64,000 bases of DNA, from contig NW_003314323.1 of the NCBI RefSeq assembly GCF_000143415.4, positions 186,001 to 250,000 on the forward strand. The letters are read 5' to 3'. A model generated the notes under the pieces. The model was not told where the DNA came from. It was given only the letters and a program-made list of their open reading frames with translations, and did no database searches. Shown in pieces: positions 24,027 to 34,128 of the stretch (its first letter is position 1; every line of letters begins with the position of its first letter). The position numbers and the translations under genes are program-made. This DNA comes from Selaginella moellendorffii. Taxonomy: Eukaryota; Plantae; Lycopodiophyta.

Positions 24027-25634
24027 TCAACAATGGCTGTCGTATAGATTGGACACTGCCACATATAAAGATCCATCACCACCACCCAGACGCGAGCTTT
24101 GGAGCATCTCACTTCCAGCGCCAACTCCAACCTCGAAGCTCTTATGGGTTTTGCATGCATCCAGCAGCGCCATCCACGCCCTCGAATCCGTCTGGAATGG
24201 CATGCTCTTGATCAACTCCTCCGCCTCACCGATCCTGCCCGATCGCCCAAGAGCGCTGATCAAACACCTGTAGTGCTCCGCTCCCGGATGAATCCCGTGA
24301 TCACATCTCATCGCCACGAAGCACTCCCAGATCTCGTCCAGCAATCCCGAGTGGCTGCACGCCCCCAGGATGTTAGTGAAGGCCACCTCGTCGAGATGGA
24401 TCCCATCCAAGCACAGCGCCTGGAAGATCTCCATCGCTTGCCTGCCATGCCCGTGCTGGGCATACGCCGCCACCATCGCAGTCCAGGAGATGGTGTCCCT
24501 CGCCTTCATCCGATCAAACACCTCCCGTGCGGCGATCACATCCCCAAACCGCGCGTAGAGATTGACGAGCGTCGTGCCCACGACTGCGTCCCTGTCGAGG
24601 CCGGACTGGATAGCTCCGTCGCGAACGAGGGCGCCGGAGGAAAGATCGCCTAAGCGCGTGCAAGCGGCGAGAACGGTCGCAAGAGTGGAAGCGTTGGGTC
24701 TCACGCTGAGGATCATCTCCCTGTATAGCTCCAGCGCTTCCCTGTCGTGCCCCGCCATGGCTTCTGCCGAGATCATCGTGCTCCAGCAAAGAACATCTCT
24801 CCTAGAGATCTTTCGGAATGCCGATCTCGCACAGTCCAATCTCCCACAGCCACTGTACAAGCTGACCAGCGCGGTGCCGACGATGGTATCCGTCTCGATC
24901 TGGGAGCCCAGCCGGGAATGGAGCAGCACTGCCTCTTCTATCCGGCCCAAGCAGGCGAGCGCGTTAAGAACGCTTGCGTACGTGAAAGCATCGGGCTTCA
25001 CACCAGCAGACGCCATCTCCTGGTAGATCTTCAAAGCTACTTCCAAATGCCCAGCTTCGGCATTTGCTGCAACCATTGCGTTCCACGACACAACATCCCG
25101 GTGCGTGATCCGATCGAACACCTGCTTCGCCCGATCGATTCTACCACACTTGGCATACATTGTCACTAGCGCATTCTGAAGACCCACGTCCTGTTTGATC
25201 CCTCTTTTTACGATTTGCTCGTGGATTTCCAGCCCCTGCTCCAGGCATTTCAATCTAGCGCAAGCGGCAAGAGCGCTGGAGAAGATGAACGCGTCCGGCT
25301 GGATCTCCGTGCTGGAACGGACGAGAGCTCGGTAGAGACAGAGCGCTTCTTGCTCCTTGCCGGCCCCAACGTATGCCGAGATGATGATCGCCCAGGAGAA
25401 TTCGTTCCGGAGGGGCATGCTATCGAACACCGCTCTGGCATCTTCCAGCCTCCCGCAATCTCTGTACATCTGGACGAGCAAGTTGCCCAGGAACCTGTCG
25501 CGGGTGTGGCCGCTGTGGATGATCCGGGCATGGACACGTCTCCCGTCCTCGAGCAGCCTCGATCGGGCACACTTCCGGAGGATCGTCGCGTACTCCTGCC
25601 TGAGCTGAGCATACCTGGACTGTGGTGGTTCCAT
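24027..25634 (-). CDS. PLS-class PPR protein (E/truncated E)
   Basis: 535-aa intronless ORF, GNLLVQMYRDCG..., E-domain start EAEELIKSMPFQTDSRAWMALLDACKTH. Confidence 0.93.
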   Translation of the reverse strand: MEPPQSRYAQLRQEYATILRKCARSRLLEDGRRVHARIIHSGHTRDRFLGNLLVQMYRDCGRLEDARAVFDSMPLRNEFSWAIIISAYVGAGKEQEALCLYRALVRSSTEIQPDAFIFSSALAACARLKCLEQGLEIHEQIVKRGIKQDVGLQNALVTMYAKCGRIDRAKQVFDRITHRDVVSWNAMVAANAEAGHLEVALKIYQEMASAGVKPDAFTYASVLNALACLGRIEEAVLLHSRLGSQIETDTIVGTALVSLYSGCGRLDCARSAFRKISRRDVLCWSTMISAEAMAGHDREALELYREMILSVRPNASTLATVLAACTRLGDLSSGALVRDGAIQSGLDRDAVVGTTLVNLYARFGDVIAAREVFDRMKARDTISWTAMVAAYAQHGHGRQAMEIFQALCLDGIHLDEVAFTNILGACSHSGLLDEIWECFVAMRCDHGIHPGAEHYRCLISALGRSGRIGEAEELIKSMPFQTDSRAWMALLDACKTHKSFEVGVGAGSEMLQSSRLGGGDGSLYVAVSNLYDSHC

Positions 25635-26518
25635 CTCGATCCAGCGAGCACGTTTGCTAGATTATCTGCGAACTTGGGAAGATCTATTTCTTGGGAACTT
25701 ACAAGATGAGAGTTCCACTCACTCGTACTCTTCTAGAGGAGCTAGGCAATCCCGCACGGTTTGAGCCAAGTATGGGTTCTCCATTGCCGCTACAACGCGC
25801 TCCTTGTCATTAAGTTGCTTGTTCACTGCAAGAATGATCCATGATCCACAAACAAAAAGCTTTCCAGGAATTTTTCTTACCCGCAGCCTCGGTAGAGTGA
25901 GAACCTGGTGCCACTCTTATATCCACCTAAGATCAAAACCACTCAAACTCGAGAAAACTGGAAGAGAAGCCATACCTTGAAGCGAGGTGGAAGAGAGTGC
26001 ATGAGCTTCACTCGAATGCACAGTCCAATCAGCGTTGCCATGCTACAGTGCTGGACTGTGGGAGTAAATGTGACCCTTGCAAATTCATCAGGCTAAACCA
26101 ATCTAGAAGAAGAGAGAAATTTCTTTCTTCCATACCTCACAGAGCTTTGCTTATCGTCCACTTCGATCCCCTCTTCAGCGAGCACATTTAGCTGCTCCAG
26201 CGAGTATGGATGCTCCGGATCGCGGATATCCCTCAAGTGCTGTGCTAAAATCGTCAAGGAAACCGAGGCGAAATTCCGTCCAGGTCAAGAAAAAGGATAT
26301 CGAAAACCTCCAAGGCGTCGATTTCTTCCACGGCGCTCTCGTCTCCGATGGAGGGGCGCTGCCGCCGCGTCGCCTTGCGCTCATGGATCACCGGATTCGC
26401 ATTCTGGAGCGCCATGACATAAACCCTAGAAGAAGAGAGGATATTCCCACAGAATATTCGTCAAGAATATTCTGATAGAATATCCTCAATTCGAAATTCT
26501 TATGAAAGTTCGCGTCGC

Positions 26519-28204
26519 ATGAAATGGAGGAGAGTTTGGCTCTCTCGATCCTACAGCACCCTCCTCCTTCCGGAAGAGATCCACAGGCTGCGCAACAGCC
26601 TCGCTCACGCAGATTCGGCAACGTTTACGCTGCTGCTCCGGCACTGCAGCAACGCGAGGGCGCTACAACAGGGCAAGTTGATCCATTCGTATATCATCGA
26701 GAAAGGCTACGATCAGGACACCTTCCTCGGTAATCTCTTGGTAAAAATGTACTCCGAATGTAACTGCATTCAGGATGCCCAGGCGGTGTTCTCCAGCATC
26801 CGTCACAAGAACGTCTTCTCGTGGAACATCATGATTGCAGCATTTGCCCAAACGGGGGATATGCAGAAAGCGAGGAAATGCTTCGATCAGACACCGCGGA
26901 AAGACGCAGTTTCATGGACGACCATGATGACGGCTTATACGCAAGTTGGAAAGTGCAAAGAGGCCTTGCAGCTGTTCAAGCTCATGGATCAGAGCGGTGT
27001 CTATCCGGATCAAGGCGCGTTTGTCAGCGTTCTCAACGCCTGTGCTAGCAAAGTCTCGGCTTCCGAGAGGAGAGAAATCCTAGAGCACCTTGAAACTGGA
27101 GTTTCGGATTTGGATGTGGTGCTGGGAACCTCCATGGTTGGCATCTACGGGAAGTCTGGAGAGATTAACAAGGCCCGAGCGGTGTTTCGACAAATGCCCA
27201 AGAGGAACGTTGTCTCGTGGACGGTGATGGTCGAGGCAACTGTGGAGGATGGGAACCTGCAGAGGGCGAGGGAGCTCTTTGAGAAGATGCCGGAATGGAC
27301 GACGGCTTCGTGGGTGGTAGTGATCAGCGCTTACGCAAGGCTCGGGGAATTGCTCGAGGTTGAGTGTTTGCTTGACAGAATGCTGTATCAAAACGTTGCC
27401 GCCTGGACTGTCGTAATTGCAGCAAATGCACATATGGGGCATGTGCAAGAGGCTGCGTTGCTGTTTCAGCGAATGGATCAGGCGGGCGTGCCTCCGGATA
27501 AGATCACACTCGTCAACATTCTGGATGGCTGCGCCAAGTTTGGGGCGCTAGATATCGCGAGAACCATCGAATCTGGAATCGCAGATACCGAGTTCATGAA
27601 GGATGACACTGTAGTCACGAATTTAATCAACGTTCATGGCAAGTGCAGCAGCGTGAAGCACGCAATCGAGCTCTTCGAGGGAGAGGCCTTCCTCCTGGAC
27701 AGTGTGATTCTATGGTCATCTACAATGGCAGCACTCGCACAGAACGATCGAGCGCACGAAGCAATCGAGCTCTTCCACTGTCTACAACTTTACGGGATGG
27801 AACCAACGAGGATCACTTTCAGCATCGTTCTCTTCGTTTGCAGTCACGGTGGCATGATGAAACGAGGGTGGGAGAGCTTCCTGGCTATGCAAGCTGATCA
27901 CTTCCTCAAACCGGATGTTGATCACTTCGTTTCCATGATCGACCTCCTGGGAAGATGCGGATGGCTCGACCTTGCTTTCGAGCTGATCGAGACAATGCCG
28001 TTTGTGCCAGACGACGTTGCTTGGACGATCCTGCTCAACACATCCAAGCTCTACGATGAGTCAACACGAGCGCGGTTGGCGGCGAAGCACCTGATGGAAC
28101 TTGGAGACGAAGACTCGGCGCCTTATGTCTTGCTAGCTGGTGTTTGCCGTTCTAGCTCTCCGCAACAAGACGAGGAACTCTTTCCCCACAGCCTCTCGCT
28201 GTGA
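26519..28204 (+). CDS. PLS-class PPR protein (E/truncated E)
   Basis: 561-aa intronless ORF; transit-peptide-like N-terminus; ELIETMPFVPDDVAWTILL...SAPYVLLA. Confidence 0.92.
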   Translation: MKWRRVWLSRSYSTLLLPEEIHRLRNSLAHADSATFTLLLRHCSNARALQQGKLIHSYIIEKGYDQDTFLGNLLVKMYSECNCIQDAQAVFSSIRHKNVFSWNIMIAAFAQTGDMQKARKCFDQTPRKDAVSWTTMMTAYTQVGKCKEALQLFKLMDQSGVYPDQGAFVSVLNACASKVSASERREILEHLETGVSDLDVVLGTSMVGIYGKSGEINKARAVFRQMPKRNVVSWTVMVEATVEDGNLQRARELFEKMPEWTTASWVVVISAYARLGELLEVECLLDRMLYQNVAAWTVVIAANAHMGHVQEAALLFQRMDQAGVPPDKITLVNILDGCAKFGALDIARTIESGIADTEFMKDDTVVTNLINVHGKCSSVKHAIELFEGEAFLLDSVILWSSTMAALAQNDRAHEAIELFHCLQLYGMEPTRITFSIVLFVCSHGGMMKRGWESFLAMQADHFLKPDVDHFVSMIDLLGRCGWLDLAFELIETMPFVPDDVAWTILLNTSKLYDESTRARLAAKHLMELGDEDSAPYVLLAGVCRSSSPQQDEELFPHSLSL

Positions 28205-28559
28205 TTGTATGAGCTTCTTGAACTCGCCAAGTTTCTGCTTGAGGCCGGGGACACTGGACGATAAAGCCATCTCGAGCATAATGTCCATAGACATCTGCGA
28301 GGCTTCAACTTTTTCAGGAGCAGCCCGAGCTGATGCAAGTCAAAAGACTTTTGAGTACCTGCGATTCACAAAGGTTGAGAGTGTGTAGTCTGTGAGCATC
28401 TCCCTCGTCTTAGTGCCTGCCTTGCCAACAGTTTCCACACCAACAACACGAGTAACTCTTTCCTTACAATGTGATTGTATGAGCTTCAAACTCGACAAGC
28501 TGGGATTGGACATCACTCGTGTACAAGGTGGAGGACTATCACTTCGAAGTGAAAGCAAC

Positions 28560-29168
28560 TTTAGTTTATGGAAAGTAGTGTGAGTATCACCACTACAACT
28601 CCGCTTTGTATTGATCCCAAATTTCTATGATCTTGACGCATCCCTCGCATCGTCGAGAAGAGCCTCTCGTGTTTCTTAAACAGCGGCAGCATCCTGCAGG
28701 AAACACAGACGATATAAAGTCGAGACATACCCGGTGGGTTTCATATGCTTGCACATTGACAAGCACAGGAAGTAGAGCTTGAAGAACAGCAAAACGAACT
28801 TGCTTGTTTCCCAAGTTGTATGCCATACCCAATGGTTCTAACTTCTTTTGTGGAGCTCTCTTGACGAAGAGCTGCCACTTGAGACTGGCGAAAGCAAAGG
28901 CGAGCAAGAATTTGACGTTGCCATACGCACCTCACTCAGTTTGCTGGAGATTTCGTTGGACGCCACAGTGAAGTCACGTTCGTCGGCCTTCCCTTCTCCA
29001 AGCATGAACGGGATGTCCTGGAACTGGAGCAAGAACTCGGGCCTCTTCCTCTTGCGGCACCACTTTGCGGTTTGTGTTGACATGGAATGGAACTGTAACC
29101 TTTGAGAAGTAGTAGTCGAGCCGGTTATCCATATCCGAAAAGTTGTAATTTGCATCCCTGTCATTCAA
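28560..29168 (-). other. Possible small spliced gene or gene remnant of unknown function
   Basis: ATG 29168 MNDRDANYNFSDMDNRLDYYFSK followed by a GT donor, and CAG|FQDIPFMLGEG...KLSE|GT; downstream frame unclear; no recognisable domain. Confidence 0.3.
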
Positions 29169-29251
29169 AACCTAAAAATTTGGTGGTGGAAGAATATTCT
29201 CTATGCATCATGCAACAATTCCTTACAGCCAATCGAATGAATTGATGGTAA

Positions 29252-31237
29252 CTATGCATTATCCAACAACTCCTTACAGCCAATCGCTGTGACTGCGTGA
29301 TCTTCGAACTCGCCAAGCTTTGCGAAAGCTCTTTGTCCGCGAGAGAGATCGCCTTGAAGTCCGCAAGCGCCAAGCAGAGCCACCAAGGACACCTGGTCCG
29401 GTTTGAAAGGCATGGCTTCGAGCAGCTCCTCGGCCTCTCCCATCCTGCCGCTCCGGCCCAGATGATCTACGAGGCAAGTGTAGTGTTCCTGAGACAACTT
29501 CGCCCCGAAGTGATCGTCAAGGATGGGGTGGAGTTGCGAGAACTTGGTGCCGGCGTGGCTACAAGCCGTGAGCGACGCGAGGAGAGTTACTTCATCGGGC
29601 TGGATCCCATGGAGTAGCATGCTGCAGACGAGCTCCATGGAAGCTTTGGACTCCCCGCTGTGTGCCAGTGCTGCGATCATCGCGTTCCAGAGCGGAGCAC
29701 TCGGCCTCGAGAACGCCACCATTCTTTCGAACACACTCCGAGCTTCTTGGAGGCAGCCGCATTTTCCATACAAGTTCAGCACTGCGGTGCCGACTCTCAG
29801 ATCGTCCAAGAGCTCGGCTTTGGCAGCGGCGACGACGAGCTTGCCGTGGACAAGATCTGGCAAGCTTGCACAGGCGTCCAAGGCAGAGACGAGCGAAATG
29901 GCGTCGTGCTGGATTCCTTCCACGTCCATTTCCACAAACAGCTCGATCCCCCGGCGAAACTCTCCTCCGTGAAAGCACGCGGCAAGCATTGAGTTCCATG
30001 ACGCGATATCTCTCTGTGGCATTCCATCAAAAACTTTCTTGGCATCAAGGTGGCGAGGGTTTCTCGCGCAAGCCGAAACGAGAGCGTTCCAGGAGACGAC
30101 GTTCCTGCTGGGCATTTGCTGGAACACAAGCACGGCATCGTCGAGCCTGCCACACTTGGCATACAAATCGACGAGCGCAGTCCCGACAACAGCATTTGAG
30201 AGTAGACTATCGCGGCAGCAAATCTCTCGGTGGATTTCACTCCCAGTTTGGAGATCCCCAACACTTCCACAGGCATCCAACACGACCACGAACGTCACCC
30301 TGTCTGCCTGGAAGCCTTCCAAGTCCATGAGCACGAAGAGCTCCAGCGCTTCTCTGGGATGCCCAGCCTGAGCATAGGCTCCGATCATCGCATTCCAGGC
30401 CACGAAGTCGCGCTCCAGAGGGATCATCCCATCGAACAAGTTCCTCGCCTCTTGGAGTCGCCCGTGACGACCAAGTACCGCGAGCATCGACGTCCACAGC
30501 ACCGTGTCTCTCGACGTTACTCTTTCAAAGCATCTCACGGCCTTGTCCAGCGATCCGAACTTCATCCCATGCAAGTTGACGAGCGCGGTTCCAATCTCGG
30601 TGTCCGATTCAAGGCCAAGCTCGTCGCTTGCAGCTTCGATCGGGCGAGCAGCCGCTGGTGTAGCGGAGCAGGCATCCAGAGCGATGAGCAAAGACACCTT
30701 GTTGGGAGGAACCCCATCCAGGAGCAGCGCCTGGAACAGCGAGAGAGCCATCTCGGGGTGCCCGTTCTGGGCGTACGCCGTGAGCATCGAGTTCCAAGAG
30801 ACGATGTTCCTCTCGGGCATCTTGTGGAACGCAAGCTCCGCGATTGACAATTCACCGCTCGCGGCATTTGCTGCGAGGATTGTCGTCCAGGACACTACAT
30901 CTCTCTCCGGCGCGCTCACAAACACAAGATCGGCTTCCAAGAACGAACTAGAATCTCTACAAGCCGCGAGCATCGCGTTCCAGGCAACCAAATTCCTGGA
31001 TGGCATGCGATCGAAAACACGCTCTGTGGCCCCAAAATCCCCATTATGGGCAAATGCGACAAAGAGGCTGTTCCACGAGAAGCTGTTCTTCGCGGCAATC
31101 TCCCCAAACGCCGCCACCGCATCGCGGACGCTACCGCAGCGCCCATACATCTGGACGAGGAGATTTCCCAAGAACACATCCCTGTCCAGCCGTCCGGATC
31201 GAGCAATCTCCGCGTGGAGGCGCCACCCCAGCGCCAA
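29252..31237 (-). CDS. PLS-class PPR protein (truncated E); start codon uncertain
   Basis: 661-aa open frame of PPR motifs ending EAEELLEAMPFKPD...; frame open further upstream but first in-frame ATG is at 31150. Confidence 0.85.
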   Translation of the reverse strand: MALGWRLHAEIARSGRLDRDVFLGNLLVQMYGRCGSVRDAVAAFGEIAAKNSFSWNSLFVAFAHNGDFGATERVFDRMPSRNLVAWNAMLAACRDSSSFLEADLVFVSAPERDVVSWTTILAANAASGELSIAELAFHKMPERNIVSWNSMLTAYAQNGHPEMALSLFQALLLDGVPPNKVSLLIALDACSATPAAARPIEAASDELGLESDTEIGTALVNLHGMKFGSLDKAVRCFERVTSRDTVLWTSMLAVLGRHGRLQEARNLFDGMIPLERDFVAWNAMIGAYAQAGHPREALELFVLMDLEGFQADRVTFVVVLDACGSVGDLQTGSEIHREICCRDSLLSNAVVGTALVDLYAKCGRLDDAVLVFQQMPSRNVVSWNALVSACARNPRHLDAKKVFDGMPQRDIASWNSMLAACFHGGEFRRGIELFVEMDVEGIQHDAISLVSALDACASLPDLVHGKLVVAAAKAELLDDLRVGTAVLNLYGKCGCLQEARSVFERMVAFSRPSAPLWNAMIAALAHSGESKASMELVCSMLLHGIQPDEVTLLASLTACSHAGTKFSQLHPILDDHFGAKLSQEHYTCLVDHLGRSGRMGEAEELLEAMPFKPDQVSLVALLGACGLQGDLSRGQRAFAKLGEFEDHAVTAIGCKELLDNA

Positions 31238-31359
31238 GCTGCCACAGCCGCGAAGAACTGGCCCATAGAAGCGATGGATCGACGCCAGGCCACTCGCAAT
31301 GGCATTTCTATCCCCAATCCAATCGATCAGCGCCCCTGGGATCGATCAATCCACTCGCA

Positions 31360-32745
31360 TCAATCCAAGCGATCAGAGCCCCTGGCATCGATCAAGCCGC
31401 GCAGGCCAGCGAGGAGAGAATACGGCGCGGAGTTGTGCGGATCAAGCTCCATCACCGCCGCCGCCGCCCGCAAACCCCGGAGCCAATCGCTGCTCGTCCG
31501 GCAAGCGCTCAGCAGCGCGACCCACGCCGCGGGATCCGGCTCAAACGGCATATTCAGCAGAAGATCCTCGGCGCTGGCCAGGTCACCACACCGCGCAAAG
31601 TAGTCCACCACGCACACGTAGTGGTCTGCGGTGACTGCCACGCCGTACTCGCGGCCCATTGCACGGAAGTAGTCCACCGCGGCAGTCAACTCACCAGCGT
31701 GGCAGCACGCCGACAGGACCGTAATCATCGTGACGTCACTGGGAGCCGCGCCGCCGGCCTGAATCATCCGGTGGAACACCCGCAGTGCGCCGCGGTGGTC
31801 GCCATTCTGCGAATATGCCGTCACCATGGTCGTCCACAGCACCGCGTCGTCATTGCACCTCTGCCGCACGCGGCAGAAGAGCTCCTCCGCGTGCGGCAGG
31901 CTCCCGCACTTGGCGTACATGTTGACCACGCTGGTCAGCACCACCACGTCACCTCCTCCGTACAGCCCGGCCACCACGATTCCCTCCCGGAGCGCGGACG
32001 CCACGGCGCAGGAGTCGAACATGCGCACGAAGCTCGCCTGGTTGGGTTCGATTCCCTCCAGATCCATGAGACGAAACACTCCCAGCGCTTGCTCTACGTG
32101 CCCGCGCTGGGCATATGCCAGGATCATCTCATTCCACGTCGCCACGCCCTTGTACGGCACTATGTTGAAAAAATGCCGGGCACTAGCGAGATCCCCGCAG
32201 CTGACGTACACGTCCATCATGTACTGGAAGGTCTCCAAATCCCTGTACGCCATCCTCTCAAAGTAGTCCACGGCTCTCTGAAAATGCCAACACCGGGCAT
32301 TTGCTTCTACCATAGCTTTCCAGTGCTCGCAGCGCTTTTCCAGCATAGAATCAAACAAAAAGCTTGCCTTAGAGAACATACCGTTAACCAAGTAGGCTTT
32401 GAGCATGTCTAAATAGCATTTTGGCCCCTTTTCCTTGATTGGAAAGAACAGCTCCTCCGCTTCTCGAATATGCCCGTTCTGGGCATATGCGGCTATCATA
32501 GCCGCGTGAGTGATATCACTTGGATTATAGACCTTTGCGTACGCAGCCTCGGCATCCCTGACTAAGCCACACATTCCGTACAAGGAGATAAGAAGATTCC
32601 CGTAGTATGCCTCTTGATCGTAGCCCCTGGAGGCGAGAATCTCGTGGATGCGCTTTCCCTCGTCGAGGGATCTTGCGTTGAGAAATTGCTTGAGCAAAGC
32701 GCAGTAGAGCTTGATCTCCGAGCTTTTCTTACGCTGGATTGGCAT
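31360..32745 (-). CDS. PLS-class PPR protein (E/truncated E)
   Basis: 461-aa intronless ORF; AEDLLLNMPFEPDPAAWVALLSACR...NSAPYSLL. Confidence 0.92.
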   Translation of the reverse strand: MPIQRKKSSEIKLYCALLKQFLNARSLDEGKRIHEILASRGYDQEAYYGNLLISLYGMCGLVRDAEAAYAKVYNPSDITHAAMIAAYAQNGHIREAEELFFPIKEKGPKCYLDMLKAYLVNGMFSKASFLFDSMLEKRCEHWKAMVEANARCWHFQRAVDYFERMAYRDLETFQYMMDVYVSCGDLASARHFFNIVPYKGVATWNEMILAYAQRGHVEQALGVFRLMDLEGIEPNQASFVRMFDSCAVASALREGIVVAGLYGGGDVVVLTSVVNMYAKCGSLPHAEELFCRVRQRCNDDAVLWTTMVTAYSQNGDHRGALRVFHRMIQAGGAAPSDVTMITVLSACCHAGELTAAVDYFRAMGREYGVAVTADHYVCVVDYFARCGDLASAEDLLLNMPFEPDPAAWVALLSACRTSSDWLRGLRAAAAVMELDPHNSAPYSLLAGLRGLIDARGSDRLD

Positions 32746-32872
32746 AGCGGAGTAAAGATTTTCCTACCACCTAGATTCATGTCACACATGGTGGAAATTT
32801 TTCTTTCATCAAATGTTGTCTATACACGTAACGCTAACTCGTCAAATCAGAAGTTTACAAGCTGTGGATGAT

Positions 32873-34047
32873 TTACTCGTACAAATGCTGGCTCTTTGGC
32901 CGCGCGAGGCCGATTGGGACTGGCGAAAAGGACGTGGAAGACGACGCCCAGCGATTCCCAGTGCCAGACTCCTGGGCCCTGCGATTCCTTCGTGGAAGAT
33001 CCTCCCCAATCTCGGCTGCGCGGGGATTTCCATCGCTAACGCTCGAGTGTGACGACGACGAAGAAGAAGTCGTGCTTTGCCGCCGCGAGGTGAAAAGATT
33101 CACGACCGATCGCTCCCACCACCATTTCAAGCTCTTGGTTGCCACCGGGAGCAAGAGGAACGCGAGCCTCAGAGCCAGGAAGCACGCCGCGAGCGTGAGA
33201 TACATGTTGCCCTCAAGTAACTTCTCGGGAGAGATATACGGGCACATACCAGCCGGAGGTCTGCCTTGGCTCGAGTGAAGGATCAGAGCTTCCGAGGATC
33301 CTTGAACTTCCGGCGAAAATCCTGGACAGAAGCAAGAATGGATGAAGCTGGAGAGAAAGAGAGAAAGAACTGCGCAAACAAACCAACCTGTCATGTCTTT
33401 GTAAAAGCTCGCCAAGTTCTTGAGATCTTTGGATCCGTGGAAACGAGTCCTGGACTTGGAGGTGAGATGGATCAGTGTTGGGAAGCTATTCACTCCATAC
33501 TTCGAGAGAACACTGCATGCATCGAAACGTTCTTGTGAGTTTCTGTGAGTTTGATCCAGCTCCTCTTTCCATACCTCGGCCTCACGCTCGATTCCTCCAC
33601 AGCGATGTGATACACCGACGGATAAATGGAAGACATCGTGTCAAACAATGGCCTCATGAGCTTCGAGAATGGACACCACGACGCGTAGAGCAGTAGCATC
33701 GCGCTGGATTCCTCCTTGGACACCGACCACAAGGAACTCAGCGTTTGCTCCAGAGTAGCGGAGCTCTCGTTTAGCTAGAACACAAACCAAGACCACAAAA
33801 TCAAATGCGCTCTCTCATCGTAATCCTAGGCGATCGCGATCGATCTTACCTCAAGAACCCGAGGAACAAGGCTCACGCGATTGACGAGCTCCCCGATGAC
33901 GACCTCGTCGGGGGAGTGGAGAAAGATTTGCGCCAAAGAGGGGCGCTTGCAGCACGGCGCCTCCGGCAATCCATCCGACGATCCGAAAGAATGCAAGGAG
34001 AAGAGGAGGAAGAGAGCGTGTAGCAGCAGCCTGTGAGGATCGAGCAT
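32873..34047 (-). CDS. 5'-adenylylsulfate reductase-like (APRL, thioredoxin-fold, signal peptide + TM), 4 exons
   Basis: Signal peptide MLDPHRLLLHALFLLFSL; LYASWCPFS motif; EESSVRP|SVLSKYGVNSFPTL...RFHGSKDL; CPYISPEKLL...YLTLAACFLALR. Confidence 0.88.
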
Positions 34048-34128
34048 GGTCTTCTTCCCCGAAAACCCTAGGAGCTGGAATGAAAATTTAGGGCAACAAG
34101 AAATTTTTTTGGAAGGGAGAAAAGAGCC

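Noticed and set aside
26206-26475. 89-aa ORF upstream of the plus-strand PPR
   Set aside because: No recognisable domain; cannot be distinguished from chance
26435-26490. Clustered GAATATTC dyads resembling heat-shock elements (also near the hAT ends)
   Set aside because: Spacing does not give a canonical three-unit nGAAn array; could be chance or local duplication
31000-32412. 470-aa plus-strand ORF and other long antisense ORFs over PPR, PUB and NOSIP genes
   Set aside because: Shadow frames of GC-rich coding sequence; no motifs
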